A model generated the notes under the pieces. The model searched no databases, was not told where the DNA came from, and saw only the letters and a list, made by a program, of their open reading frames with translations. Shown here piece by piece: positions 14,639-27,139 of a stretch of 64,000 bases of DNA. The stretch's first letter is position 1, and the number at the start of each line of letters is the position of its first letter. A program made the position numbers and the translations under genes. Origin of the DNA: Octopus vulgaris (Eukaryota); NCBI GenBank assembly GCA_951406725.2, contig OX597819.1, forward strand, positions 53,258,001 through 53,322,000, given 5' to 3'.

Positions 14639-16486
14639 GTGCATACTTAATAGCCAAACAACTCTTGATCTGTCACAAAAGTTTGATTGGGCAACCCAAA
14701 AATGTTACTGCAAAAAGAAAACAAATTAATCATTTCTTTGAAATGAACAACTGAATGCTATTTGTATGTACTCTACATAATATGAATACCATGATAAAAA
14801 TGAAAAAAAGAATTAACACACATGGCTACCTTTCATATTTGAAAATACAAAAGAAACTTTTTTGGCTACAAATATGGCCAGCATTTGAATGTATTTTACA
14901 CTACTATTACAATTTTCAGAATCAGATGAAAGCTGTCCTGCTCTTTAAAGGTATATGTTGATGTATTACATTAAACTTACTCTTTAACTGATTTTCATTC
15001 TTGTATAATCCATAACTCACCCATAGCATTGGCATGTTAAATAGTGGTGAACATCATACTTACTATCCAGATAACTTGCTATAAAAGTACCATCTTGAAA
15101 AAAATATATATTTGGCTTATCATTGGTAAGCTAGAAAACACCAACTTTTACTAGAGTAATTTCAGAGATGACAAAACAGAAAATCAATCAGTCAAGCAAA
15201 CAAACATGAAAAACCTGGGGGCACCTAAATTCTTTGTTGGTTACAGAAGGAAATGGGTTATGATTTGTAGTGGAGCTCAATTTTACATATCCATGAACCT
15301 CTATGCAAAAATGATATTTCATCAACTAAAAATCTGGCAGAATAATTATTTCAACATCTTGAGAAACTTTTTACAAGTGTTTTGCTCTTACATGGCTATT
15401 ATTGTAAACTCACTATTCTGATTACCACTATTTCATGATCCAATAACAACTGTATATCAGATAACGAAAATGGCTGAGTGAAGCCACACTTCTGTCACTA
15501 CTCTTCCTTTTCAAAAGGACTCATATCACATAATGTGCTGGAGATCTTCCATGGCACATGGAGTAAGGAGACAAAATACAAATTCTAAAATTACCTATAA
15601 AAATATTGGCATACAAATTTGCAAATTATATGCACTCTATTCATGATGAAATGTAAAATAGTTGCAAATGTACACACATACACAATAAAGTACTTTATAG
15701 TCAAATAAATAACTCTTGCTCTGTTATGAAGGTTTAATCATATGAGTTTGATTGCCTAAACTGAACTCGTTATTTTTTACCCAATAGTCCATACTAAATA
15801 AAGCCCTTACTTTCTTCCACAAAACTGCATTATATGCAAATCTCATCCACATCTCTATTCCTGATATACTTGCAGTCATGACAATAGAAGAACACATATG
15901 GAATTTCAAAGAAAGTAACCTCACAATTCTGATTTGAAATATTACCAATGGAATCTGAACTGAGTAAGTTCAGTCAATAAGTTCAAGTCAATAATTTCAT
16001 ATTTTTGATTGAGCGTGTAATTGGAAAATGATTCTTCAGAGCCCTACATCAGAGTGTAATCCAAATAAAGCACTCTGCTAGAAACATTAGATATTTCTTC
16101 TCTTTAATATGCCAACACTTATTGCCCTTCATTCTGACATGAGAAATTTCTATTTTATATATATCATTCATTTGTTTATTTAATGTCTCTCTTTCATGCT
16201 AGCATGGCTGAGACAGAAGTAATTAATGAAGCAAGATTTTTAGTCCAGGGAAAGAAGAGTGGAAGATTTTGTTCACAGTAAGCGCTAACAACCTTCACCA
16301 GCTGCAGTGCAATCACAAACAGTTACAACATTTTCTGTACCAGTAACTCTGCATATTTCATGAACAACCACACCAACACTCACGCACACACACACACACA
16401 CACACATATTTACAAACACAAAGTAGATTCACCTCTCAGTTTTGACATATGAGGGTCCAACAGCTAGTTATTAGACTACTCACACA

Positions 16487-18020
16487 TACCATAAAAACTC
16501 ATGTAATTTACGCACTTTTTAGCAAAAAACAAAAATAAACTTTAGTGGGTGCGTAAATTACATGAGTAGATCATTACCAGAATTTTTTTAGAAAGTTTTT
16601 GGTTGAAAAATGACATACAAATATAAACATTCATATGGGAAGTTAAATCATTCAATGTCAGAATAGGTTTTTACAGAAAAAATATAATGAAGTTGACTTT
16701 TATTTATGCTAGACAATATAATGCTTACTTTCTCTGAATAAATTTACTAAAACCATTAAATGGTTAACTACTTTTTGAAGTTTGATGTTCATGCTGATAA
16801 TCACGGTCCAGGCCATATTTTACATTGCTTGGAGTTTCTAACTATTGCAATGGAGCCCAGCAATTTTCTTAAATAGATCAGTTTTTTCTCTGCTTAAGAA
16901 GTCTAGCTTGTGTTTAGCTCCAGGAAGCTATTGCTCATTTTCTCCGCATTAGGACAATGAAATTCATCACCGCCAACATCAACATCATAATTATCCTTCA
17001 GCATGTAAATTCACTAAGTGAACATGACTTAGCATTCCTACAGAAACCTTTATTTATCTTATACAATGTTTAATGTCGTTTCACATTCATCTTGAATTAT
17101 GCAGCAATCTTAGCTTCTCTTCATAGAACACTTGTATTGTATGTATTACCAGTTCTTTTGGTATAGTAGATTTTTGCTATTCTTGTTTATGTCTCCTCAC
17201 AGATGTGTATATTCTAACAAATCACTTCTTAAATTTCACACCTCTCTTGTTCAATAAACACTGAGTTAAACTTGTAATGCTGTTTATTTTCTGCTTTTGA
17301 TTTTCAATGTTTATTTTAGCAGGTTACCAAACAATCAGCTTGGTCAACCGACTAAAATGGTAATGACAAATTTTAAAGTTTGCTTGACATTATATAAGTG
17401 TGAAAGGGATTAAAATTTCGATACTCTATATCAAAGGTTCTGACAAGAATAGACAGAAAATCAGAGCTTGAGACAAGAAGATACTTTCACCCAGTCAGAA
17501 TTCTGTTTACATAATCAGTTTGATCAGTCACTTTCTTCTATTGGTTGAGTAAAGCATCATCCAAGCTGATGTTTATTGGTAATTAACTTATTTTGCAACA
17601 CTTGTGCATATTTATCAGCTTTGTTTTTGCTGATAAGAATTAGCAACTATTCCTGTGATTGTGATTTCAGAAGACATACATAAGTATGCTGAAGATTGGA
17701 CACAACCTCTCGTGGGTAAGAAATGTAAAATAAAGTTTATTATAAACAACACAAAAATTTTGTAATTCAATAGCTTTCAATGTGATACCTGTTAAACAGA
17801 AATAATTTTTATTTGATGGAAAATTTAATAAAATCTAATCGTAAGTAAGTGAAATTATGTTAAATACAACTAAATTGAAAACCTTTTCCCCCTGGCCATA
17901 TCAGCAATTCTGAAAACTTTTGGGTGTGAGTTTTACATGAATAGAAGCTTTTTTTTTTTTCCTCCCGAAAATCACCTGCATAAATTACACAGGTGCACAA
18001 ATTACAGGGGTTTTTATTTT
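16487..18020. mobile_element. Decayed Tc1/mariner-pogo (Tc2-like) DNA transposon, ~1.5 kb
   Basis: Imperfect TIRs taccataaaaactcatgtaatttacgcac (16487) and gtgcacaaattacaggggtttttat (~17993-18017), with subterminal copies of gtgcgtaaattaca. No intact transposase ORF. Confidence 0.6.
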
Positions 18021-18550
18021 CAGCGATGAAGGCTTGTGTAAGACCAACCACATTCTTTGGAAATGTTGATAGTAGAAAGCTGACGCAAATGTTTGCCGCA
18101 AACTAAATAAACAACATACCTCAGGATTTTTCTATTAGTGTTTGTTATCTCCTGAATGATTTGCATTCACCACAGATTAGAGTCCCCAACTTTGGTAAAC
18201 TAAATGTGCATATAGGTACCAAAGCAGGAAAAGTTCTTGTTCGTTCATTCATTCTTACATACATACATAAACACACACACACACACACGCATCATGTAAC
18301 TGGACAAGTTCATCCACCCATTGACAGATCTTGATTTTCATCCTGCAGTGTGTCCAAAAACCACCCTACTCATTAAACAGGCTTGGTGGTGTTGCTGGTT
18401 TTGTAGCTGATAACCCATCTAAACAACAGGTTGTAGTGAATTATGTGCTCCTTCACAAGGCATAGCCTAAAGCACTGAACCCAAAGCCACATAACTGAGA
18501 AGCAATCTTCTCAACCACACAGCCTGGATATATACACACACACACATTTA

Positions 18551-18700
18551 TATCAATTAATGATTGACAAAAGAACAGGAATCATGTTGTCACCTTCTCA
18601 AGCCTACAGTTGTTTGATATAAGGAGCAGTACATTCCAAGCTGAGCACTTGTACAACATACTACAGCTTCCTTGGAGCCATTGTAATTCATTAATTGATA
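18551..18700. mobile_element. Small element with ~20-bp TIRs
   Basis: tatcaattaatgattgacaa ... ttgtaattcattaattgata (18/20 inverted match). Confidence 0.5.
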
Positions 18701-19004
18701 TTATGCTCTGTAGTCTTCTAATGCTGTTCTCTAAAACATAAATATGTTGAATTTTAACAACTTATTATTGGTATAACTATGGTTAAGAGATATCACAGCA
18801 AATATATATATATATATATATATATTAGTTACAATTTACAGAAAAACGAAAGATGAAGACAAGTGTATAAATAACAAGCAGGTGCATTAGTCTGACGCTT
18901 GGGGAGGTGAGAAAGTCTTTTATGTTTCGAGCCTACACTCTTCAACAGAAAGGAACATGAGGAAATAATCAGAGATAATATAAAAATAAAACTTGTGGAT
19001 TTAG

Positions 19005-19242
<238 letters not shown>

Positions 19243-20040
19243 ATATATATATATATATATATACATATACACATATTGTCCTGTCTTTTACTGTTTTTAT
19301 TTGTATTGGATAGATAGATAAGATAGATAGACAAACATACAGGTTTTCATTATATCAAAAAAAGACTGTGTTGTTTACAAACCTAACCTTGATGAAAAAC
19401 TGCAAAGAGTCAATCTTGAGCGCAACAGATCAAAACTAGAGTTACTTGGTTTTAAAAAAGATTGTTTCTTTTTTTTTCTTTTTTAACAATCAGAACTGAA
19501 AAGGTCGCCCATACTTTTTGATAGAGTCAAATATCTATAAACACATTGTTTACCACTATGTTAGAATAAGATACAATTTGAAAAAAAAAAGAATTTTTTT
19601 CTTTTTTTTTTCAAATTCAGTATTGTGATTTTACAAATTTTATTATATTACAAAATAGCAAGAACACCATGAAAGAGATGGAAGAATACTTCAATCCTTG
19701 GCACACAATGAAGAAAGTTAATTCCTAAAGTTGGTGTTTGTTTATGGAGTTTTTACTCGCATCTTTAATGTAATCTGTGTTTTATTGAAATGTAAAAATA
19801 GCTTTATTTATTTATTTAATCCTTAAATACTTATAGATGCAGCGATATAATAGCAAAAAAATTTTTTTACAGAATAAAAATTGCAAAAGACAAAATAATG
19901 TTCTCATTCAATTTTCTTTATTTAAATAGTTAACGAGAGTGCATGATCATTTGACACTTTCTGCAAACCAAGTTAGAAAGATTGATAGACATAGCATACG
20001 TACACAGGTATGTATGTAACTTATAGACATACACACAGAA

Positions 20041-20088
<48 letters not shown>

Positions 20089-20271
20089 CACACATAAGAG
20101 TACATATACTCACACATGTATACACATGTATATGTATATATAAATATACACACACAAATGTACATACACACACACACACACATATATATACATGCACACA
20201 TAAGTGTACATATACACACACATGTATACACATGTATATGTATATATAAATATACACACACAAATGTACAT

Positions 20272-20279
<8 letters not shown>

Positions 20280-20344
<65 letters not shown>

Positions 20345-20454
20345 TACACAGATGTATATGTAAGTATATCTCAATACATATACACAAAGAAATTAAGTAT
20401 ACTAGGAAAACATACAAAACCTAGAAAGGAATCTGCATCGTTAACTAAACACAT

Positions 20455-20502
<48 letters not shown>

Positions 20503-20818
20503 GAAAGTGCTAGAATGAAACTAAAATGACTAAAAACAAAAATGGATACCAATAAAGATGCATGAATATAAGGAGATAAAGGTCTCTCAAAAAATATTTT
20601 AAAGCACAAATCTCACTAAAATGTACAAAAGGTTTAAACTGAAGAATGTCTACACAAATACACACACATACACATCCAGTTAGTTGACTATCATAAAGAC
20701 AAGAAATAAATATTTCACTCTGGAGAGAGAAAACTCAATAGCAGTTTAGTTCACTGATCATTTTATAAATTATAACATTTTATAAATTATATATATATAT
20801 ATATATATATAGATAGAT

Positions 20819-20872
<54 letters not shown>

Positions 20873-21003
20873 TAGATATGCACAGATGTATATGTAAGTA
20901 TATCTCAATACATATACACAAAGAAATTAAGTATACTAGGAAAACATACAAAACCTAGAAAGGAATCTGCATCGTTAACTAAACACATGTAGACAAACAC
21001 ACA

Positions 21004-21042
<39 letters not shown>

Positions 21043-21311
21043 GAAAGTGCTAGAATGAAACTAAAATGACTAAAAACAAAAATGGATACCAATAAAGATG
21101 CATGAATATAAGGAGATAAAGGTCTCTCAAAAAATATTTTAAAGCACAAATCTCACTAAAATGTACAAAAGGTTTAAACTGAAGAATGTCTACACAAATA
21201 CACACACATACACATCCAGTTAGTTGACTATCATAAAGACAAGAAATAAATATTTCACTCTGGAGAGAGAAAACTCAATAGCAGTTTAGTTCACTGATCA
21301 TTTTATAAATT
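20280..21311. repeat. Near-identical 540-bp tandem duplication
   Basis: 20521-20770 is identical to 21061-21310; differences elsewhere are mainly in the microsatellites, plus one substitution. Confidence 0.95.
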
Positions 21312-21451
21312 TTGTTTATCACATTCAGTATCGTAAACAGTTTGCAGCCAATATATTTCTTCTCAAAGCAGAAGAGAAGAAAAGAAAAGAAAAGAAGGTG
21401 AGAAATGTTGTTGTTAAGTTATACAATCCTATTGTAGTTGCATTTATTCAC

Positions 21452-21484
21452 TGTTAATGTCGGATCTACATCATCTTCCAACAC
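21452..21484 (-). other. Candidate 33-nt micro-exon (VLEDDVDPTLT) or short last exon
   Basis: ctatttataacag|gtgttggaag...ttaaca|gtgaat. An AATAAA overlaps the putative donor and a U-rich tract follows. Confidence 0.25.
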
Positions 21485-21581
21485 CTGTTATAAATAGATT
21501 GTCAATAACTAAATAATGTGTACATATCTACAAATATTACATGCAACACAACACAGGTGGGAGGAAGAGAGAGAGAGAGAG

Positions 21582-21658
<77 letters not shown>

Positions 21659-22200
21659 AGGTGCATGGCTTAGTGGTTAAGGTGTTACACTCATAGTCAC
21701 AAGATTATGATTTAAATTCCCAGGCCAGTGCTGCATTATGTTACTTGAGCAAAACACTTCATTTCACAGAGAGGAGTGCATGACCAAGTAGCTAGGGTAT
21801 TCAGCTCACAATTGTAAGGTCGCAAGTTCGATACCCAACAACATGCTGTGCCCTTGAGCAAGATGCTTTAGTTCATGTTGTTCCAATCCACTCAGCTGAC
21901 AAAAGAAAGTTGTACACATAAGCCAGTCTTGTAATCGCATTTTGTGTCAAAGTAAATCACCCCAGGAAGTACATTAAGGGTGGAGTTCTCAGTCACTTGC
22001 ATGCTAATTTCACAAGCAGGTCCTTCTATTGATCCGGTGAACTGGAACCCTCATTGTTGTAACCAACCGAGTACCAGTTTCATTTCACATTGCTCCAGTC
22101 CACTCAGCTGTAAATGAATATCCCTGCAACAGTCTGGAGTTCCGTTCAGGGGGAATATCAGCCTGCCTAAACGCCTGCCTAGCCACTGGGGTAGCAGCAT
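21659..22200 (+). mobile_element. tRNA-headed SINE family D with a related SINE nested inside (21769-22078)
   Basis: A-box-like tggcttagtgg; inner copy has B-box agttcgatacc; 11-bp TSD ttcatttcaca at 21758-21768 and 22079-22089. Confidence 0.8.
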
Positions 22201-22969
22201 TCAAAAGCTACAGAAATGCAACATCTGATAGTCTGGTTGATACAGTGACACACATACACACACACGCATGTGCACAAATACATACACATATACACACAGG
22301 CAACATAAACAAAACAAAAATAATACAGAGAAATATAATAACAGCCTCAAACATACATGTATAATAAATATGCATGCAAACACATGCATATGAAAGAGGA
22401 GAGAGAAAGAGGGATAAAGAGAAAGAGAGAACAACAGATAGAGAAATAGTAAAATTACAAACTGTGAGAGAGAGTTTTTGGTAAAATATATCCACTTACA
22501 TTTTTTAACCCAATAAATCAAATAATAATTCATGTTTAACAAGTCCATTTTAATTAATTTTTTTATTCTAAATAATTCAATTCATTAAACATGGTATTTA
22601 TTTGTCTGCATTTTACTGTTTATTATTATTCCATTGTATACAGTGTAGTCCTATTTAATAATTCTTTGAGTCTGGTTTTTGATATGGTAAAATCAATTTC
22701 AATTCATATTCTAAGATATAATATTGAAAACTACCCATGCATACATACATGCAGCAGTCAAATCTTTGACAAATAATATATTTAACAGTGAAACATGAAG
22801 GAAATTAAAAAGGCTGAGTCAGTCATTGATTTATATACATATATACATATATGTATGTATACATGTACACACACACACACAATATTATTGAAGTAAACAA
22901 TAGTAATTTTTAAAACACGAAGCCTCTCCCATTGCCTGCTTCTCTTTCCCTGTGTATAGAAATAATATT

Positions 22970-23256
22970 GTTTAACGTCCTCCTACCATGCTGGATGGTT
23001 TGAGGAGCTCACCCAGGTGGGAGCCTGCACCATGCTTCTGCATCTGTTATGGCATGGTTTTTATAGCTGAATGCCTTTCCAAATGCCAACCATTTTACAG
23101 TGTAGACTGGGTGCTTTTTAAGCAAGTGACTTGGCAAGACAAAGAGTCTTTGAGAGGGAAGGGGGCATTAAGGGAGGTGATCTTGTGTCAGATAATGAAA
23201 GATTAGAGTCTGGCAGAGAGGCAGAAACAGATGTCTTGCTGTAGAGGAGGTCCATG
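22970..23256 (-). mobile_element. Decayed family C-related element
   Basis: tttaacgtcc..ccatgctgg..tgcaccatg..gaatgcctttccaaatgccaacc. Confidence 0.6.
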
Positions 23257-23309
23257 ATATATATATATATATCTGTAAATGTAATATGTGACAATTATTC
23301 GGTAGCCAT

Positions 23310-23370
23310 GATAAAACTCTGAGTTTCGGATGCTGATGTGGAAATCCACGCCGCCATCTCTTCAGTTATC
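23310..23370 (-). ncRNA. Type I hammerhead ribozyme motif, core intact, probably Penelope-like-element associated
   Basis: Minus strand GAUAA-CUGAAGA-[GAUG..GUGG AUUU CCAC..CAUCC]-GAAA-CUCAGAG-U-U-UUAUC. Stem I GAUAA/UUAUC, all conserved core bases present, palindromic short stem III ACUC-A-GAGU, GUU cleavage triplet. Confidence 0.65.
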
Positions 23371-24949
23371 TGTCCATCGGAAAAATACTATGAAAAATGA
23401 CCATTATACAAAGGTAGATTACTGTGTGATTGACCATTATTAAGACAAAAGAGCTATTTGAATGACTGCTAAGTGAGGGGAGGGAGTAAAAGCAAGGGAG
23501 TAAAAAAGTTCATAGTATTCGTGTGAGTGCGCATGTTCATACCTACACATGTGCGTCCGCATACCCACGTGCATCCGCACACCCACGTGCATGCGCTGAA
23601 ACGTATACACTCATCCACCCTCACAAGGTAATAAGCCTACTTTAATATCCAGTTACATCTTTTTTTATACACTAGCCTAAGTACTAGATTCCGAATAAAC
23701 AGCTAAAAATCCATGAAGTGGGTGCCCCAGCATGGTCACAAAATAACCACTAAAACATGTGTACTTGCAATATTTGTTTGGAAAATAGGGGGAGATACCT
23801 GAAACCTGGATATGAGTTCCAATGATAAAAATGCTATCTTCCTTTAACATGTTTAAATAGAGAAAAATACAACCAGAACCACAATAGCACAAGTAAATAA
23901 GTTCATACGGTACTGCATGGCTTCAGGAGGCTGTTTGTTTACTGAAGATAAACTCTTTCATTCAAGTAAAGGTTTGAAAATAAATTGCTAATTTTTATTA
24001 TTTTTTCTTTTCCTCCCTCTTGTAAAAGTTCTTTGGTTGAAGTTGTCATAATAAAACATAAAACCAAAGCAATCATTTACAAGAATTGTTTTTCATTACT
24101 ACCTCTTTATCTTCTTTCACATTATAATTATCTCAATTGAGTCTGATAAATAAAATGGCTGTGAATCCTTTACACCCATCACCACTGCCACTATCTGCAC
24201 CCACCTCTCTCTAAAACACACACGCACACCTTTCTCTCTCTCTCTCCAATACAAAATCATTAAGATATTATTGCAAATCAATTTACAGAGATTTAGCATA
24301 ATTCCACATCCTTTTGTGCCACTGTCCGCATTTATCCTCATAACAGATAAGACAAAATAAATTTTACTCTGGTCTACATGGATTTAAATATGGTAATAGT
24401 AGCCTATTAAAATAAAGATGAAGCTAATACAATTAGCAGCAAGTCAATATCTAGAATTGCAAAGAGACATTCCTATCAGAATCTTATTAAAGCTGCTTCC
24501 GCCAGTACAAACAATGGTGTAATGAAGCATTGAAAAATGTTTTAAACAATATCTGAATTATATAAAATTGAGGATATAGATATATCACTTTCTAGATAGC
24601 ACTTCATTGTACTCAGATTTCAAAATTTGCACCAGCTAACCAGCCAGCTTGCCTGCCAGCCACCCACAGAGCCTTACTGCAAAGGCAGCATTGTTCCCAA
24701 GAGAATGCACCATTTAAATGATCTCAAAGTTTAGGTCTATAAATAATTAGTTATACATACAGTATAAACTCAGACAATGGAAAACAGTACAATAAATCAA
24801 ATATAAATAAGTAGATATACTCCTCTGTTTTACATTTCAATCTTTAATACTGTTGTTGTTGATTACCCTAGGTTAGCCCTGCGATCAAAGGCATTCCAGC
24901 TATGGCCATCCAATGTTTCATTATTATAGATGAATTACATAATCATTTA

Positions 24950-25305
24950 TATTTTACTTGTTTCAATGATTGGACTGTGGCTATGTTGGAACACTACACT
25001 GAAAGATTTAGTTAATCAAATCAACCCCAGTGCTAAATTAAGTCTGGTATTAATTCTATTGGTCTCTTTTGGTTGAACCACTAAGTTACAAAGACAAAAA
25101 AATGCCAGTTGTCAAGCAATGATGGGTGGACAAACAACACACACGCACGCGCGCACACACACACACACAAGACAGGCTTCATCACAGTTTGTTTCTGCCA
25201 ACCAAATTTACTCACAATGCATTGCTTGGCCCAGGGCTACAGTGAAAGATACTTGCCTGAAAACTTTGTCATTGCAAAGTGAGCTTCTTAACAACACAGC
25301 CACTA
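24950..25305 (-). mobile_element. SINE family A, decayed
   Basis: Reverse match to 41884-42265. Confidence 0.75.
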
Positions 25306-25329
25306 ACCCTGGAGTGAGTTTCCACTTAC

Positions 25330-25348
25330 ATGATAAACAAAATTTTCG
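25330..25348 (-). other. Candidate 19-nt micro-exon
   Basis: ttataacctcag|cgaaaattttgtttatcat|gtaagt (consensus donor). Confidence 0.2.
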
Positions 25349-25678
25349 CTGAGGTTATAATTAAATCCAAAGGAATTAAATGCAAGACATTGGAGTGTGG
25401 AGATGATATAGGACTAAGAGCAGTCTTATGCAGGTCAAATTTTCAAGTTTCCTGCAATATCTTTCCTCTCTTTCTGTATCTATCTCTCAGTTTGTCTGTA
25501 TCTGCCTTTTTGTTTGCATATCTGTTTCTTATCTTCACAAACATTATTTTCATCATTATTATTCTTATGCTTCGCGTTTCTCTATATTTCCATTACAGTA
25601 TATTATAATGGATTTCTTCTTTAATGGTTCCACATTATCAGGTTCAATTAAGTATTCCTTGGTCTTAATTATGAGTGC

Positions 25679-25722
<44 letters not shown>

Positions 25723-25729
<7 letters not shown>

Positions 25730-25878
25730 GGCAAAAGACATTCTAAGTATGTCTAACTGTTGGAAATAACAGCCAAAACTCTTATTTAAATCACCAAGAT
25801 ATTTTGGCAATTTAATAAAGAGTTTTGACTGTTATTTCCAGTAAATAGGCATACTTAGTATGTCCTTTGATTAATTTT
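25723..25878. repeat. Spacer-less imperfect palindrome with 78-bp arms
   Basis: Manual alignment of the left arm to the reverse complement of the right arm gives ~63/78 identity without gaps. Confidence 0.9.
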
Positions 25879-26030
25879 AATCCTTCAGCTATTTTGGGGG
25901 CCTGCAATTGCCTATATTATTGATTCTGTTATTTTAAAATTGTTATACTAGATAATAATAGAGTCAATGATATCTTAGCAAATATTTTCTCCTGAATTAT
26001 TTGCTCTCTCTCCCTCTCCATATATATATA

Positions 26031-26653
26031 TCTGGAGATATGCTGTGACTGCAAAGACCCGGGCTGCTTCCTGCATCAGTTCCGCATAGCCCCTGCCCAT
26101 TCAAAGTACCCCGGATGCCAGAACGTCCCGCTGTGCTTGAGGAGACCTGTTGAGTCAAGTACATGAACGTCGAAATAAATATCAATGGAAATAGTAGTTG
26201 TGATGCCTGTGCCGGTGGCACATAAAAAGCACTATCCGAACGTGGCCGATGCCAGCGTCGCCCCGACTGGCTTCTGTGCCGGTGGCACATAAAAAGCACC
26301 ATCCGAATGTGGCCGATGCCAGCGCCGCCCCAACTGGCTCCTGTGCCGGTGGCACATAAAAAGACCATCCGAACGTTGCCAGCCCCGCCTTGGCTGGCTT
26401 CCGTGCCGCTGGCACGTTAAAAGCTCCAACCGGTTGTGACCGATGCCGGACCCCCCCCTGGCACCTGTGCAGGTGGCACGTAAAAAGCACCCACTACACT
26501 CGCGGAGTGGTTGGCGATAGGAAGGGCATCCAGCCGTAGAAACTCTGCCAGATCAGACTGGAGCCTGGAGCAGCCCCTGGCTTCCCAGACCCCGGTCGAA
26601 CCGTCCAACCCGTGCTAGCGCAGAAAACGGATGTTAAATGATGATGATGATGA
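26031..26653 (+). mobile_element. Young 5'-truncated RTE LINE 3' end with internal ~60-67-bp VNTR and (GAT)n tail
   Basis: Starts with the ORF end WRYAVTAKTRAASCISSA*; five units each begin with gtgcc-ggt-ggcac or a close variant; CpG-rich; shares the family C terminal block. Confidence 0.85.
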
Positions 26654-26735
26654 TATAAATTATAAATATTATTATAATACAATAGCATTATTTTCCATTT
26701 TCCAGTGATAAGTACCATAAAGATTGAATTATAAA

Positions 26736-27116
26736 TAGGAAATAGCAGCACAACAAGGCACCAATGTTTGCTAGAGATAGCAGTCGATAAGTATATTAGG
26801 CTATGTAAAGCTTCACTGAATGTATAGAGGCAAAGATGTGTGCGAGTGGTGAATAGAAAAAAATCATCTAGGAAAGCCTAGCTGATGAAGAGTAACCACA
26901 TTTGCAATAACAAACATATCCTGGATAGTCCAGAACTCAAGTACTAGGTTGTCTATTTCTCTGGCCTTTCTCCTAGAGGTAAGGCAAAAAATTTTACGTT
27001 CGCTGCCTATGCACATCTTTGCCTCTTTACATTCAGTGAAGCTTTACATAGCATCATACAGTTATCGACTGCTATTTCCAGCAAACACTGGTACCTTGCT
27101 GTGCCACTATTTCCTA
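26736..27116 (+). mobile_element. Fold-back element with ~115-bp inverted arms and a degenerate hammerhead in the spacer
   Basis: 26736-26852 matches the reverse complement of ~26999-27116. The spacer carries CCTAG-CTGATGA...CAAAC...GTA-CTAGG. Confidence 0.75.
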
Positions 27117-27139
27117 CATATATATATATTTTTTCTCGA

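Noticed and set aside
25997-26751. Multiple overlapping GC-rich ORFs, also at 39830-40296; superficially CRISPR-like repeats
   Set aside because: This is a VNTR inside an RTE 3' UTR. Units are tandem with no unique spacers, and the context is eukaryotic.
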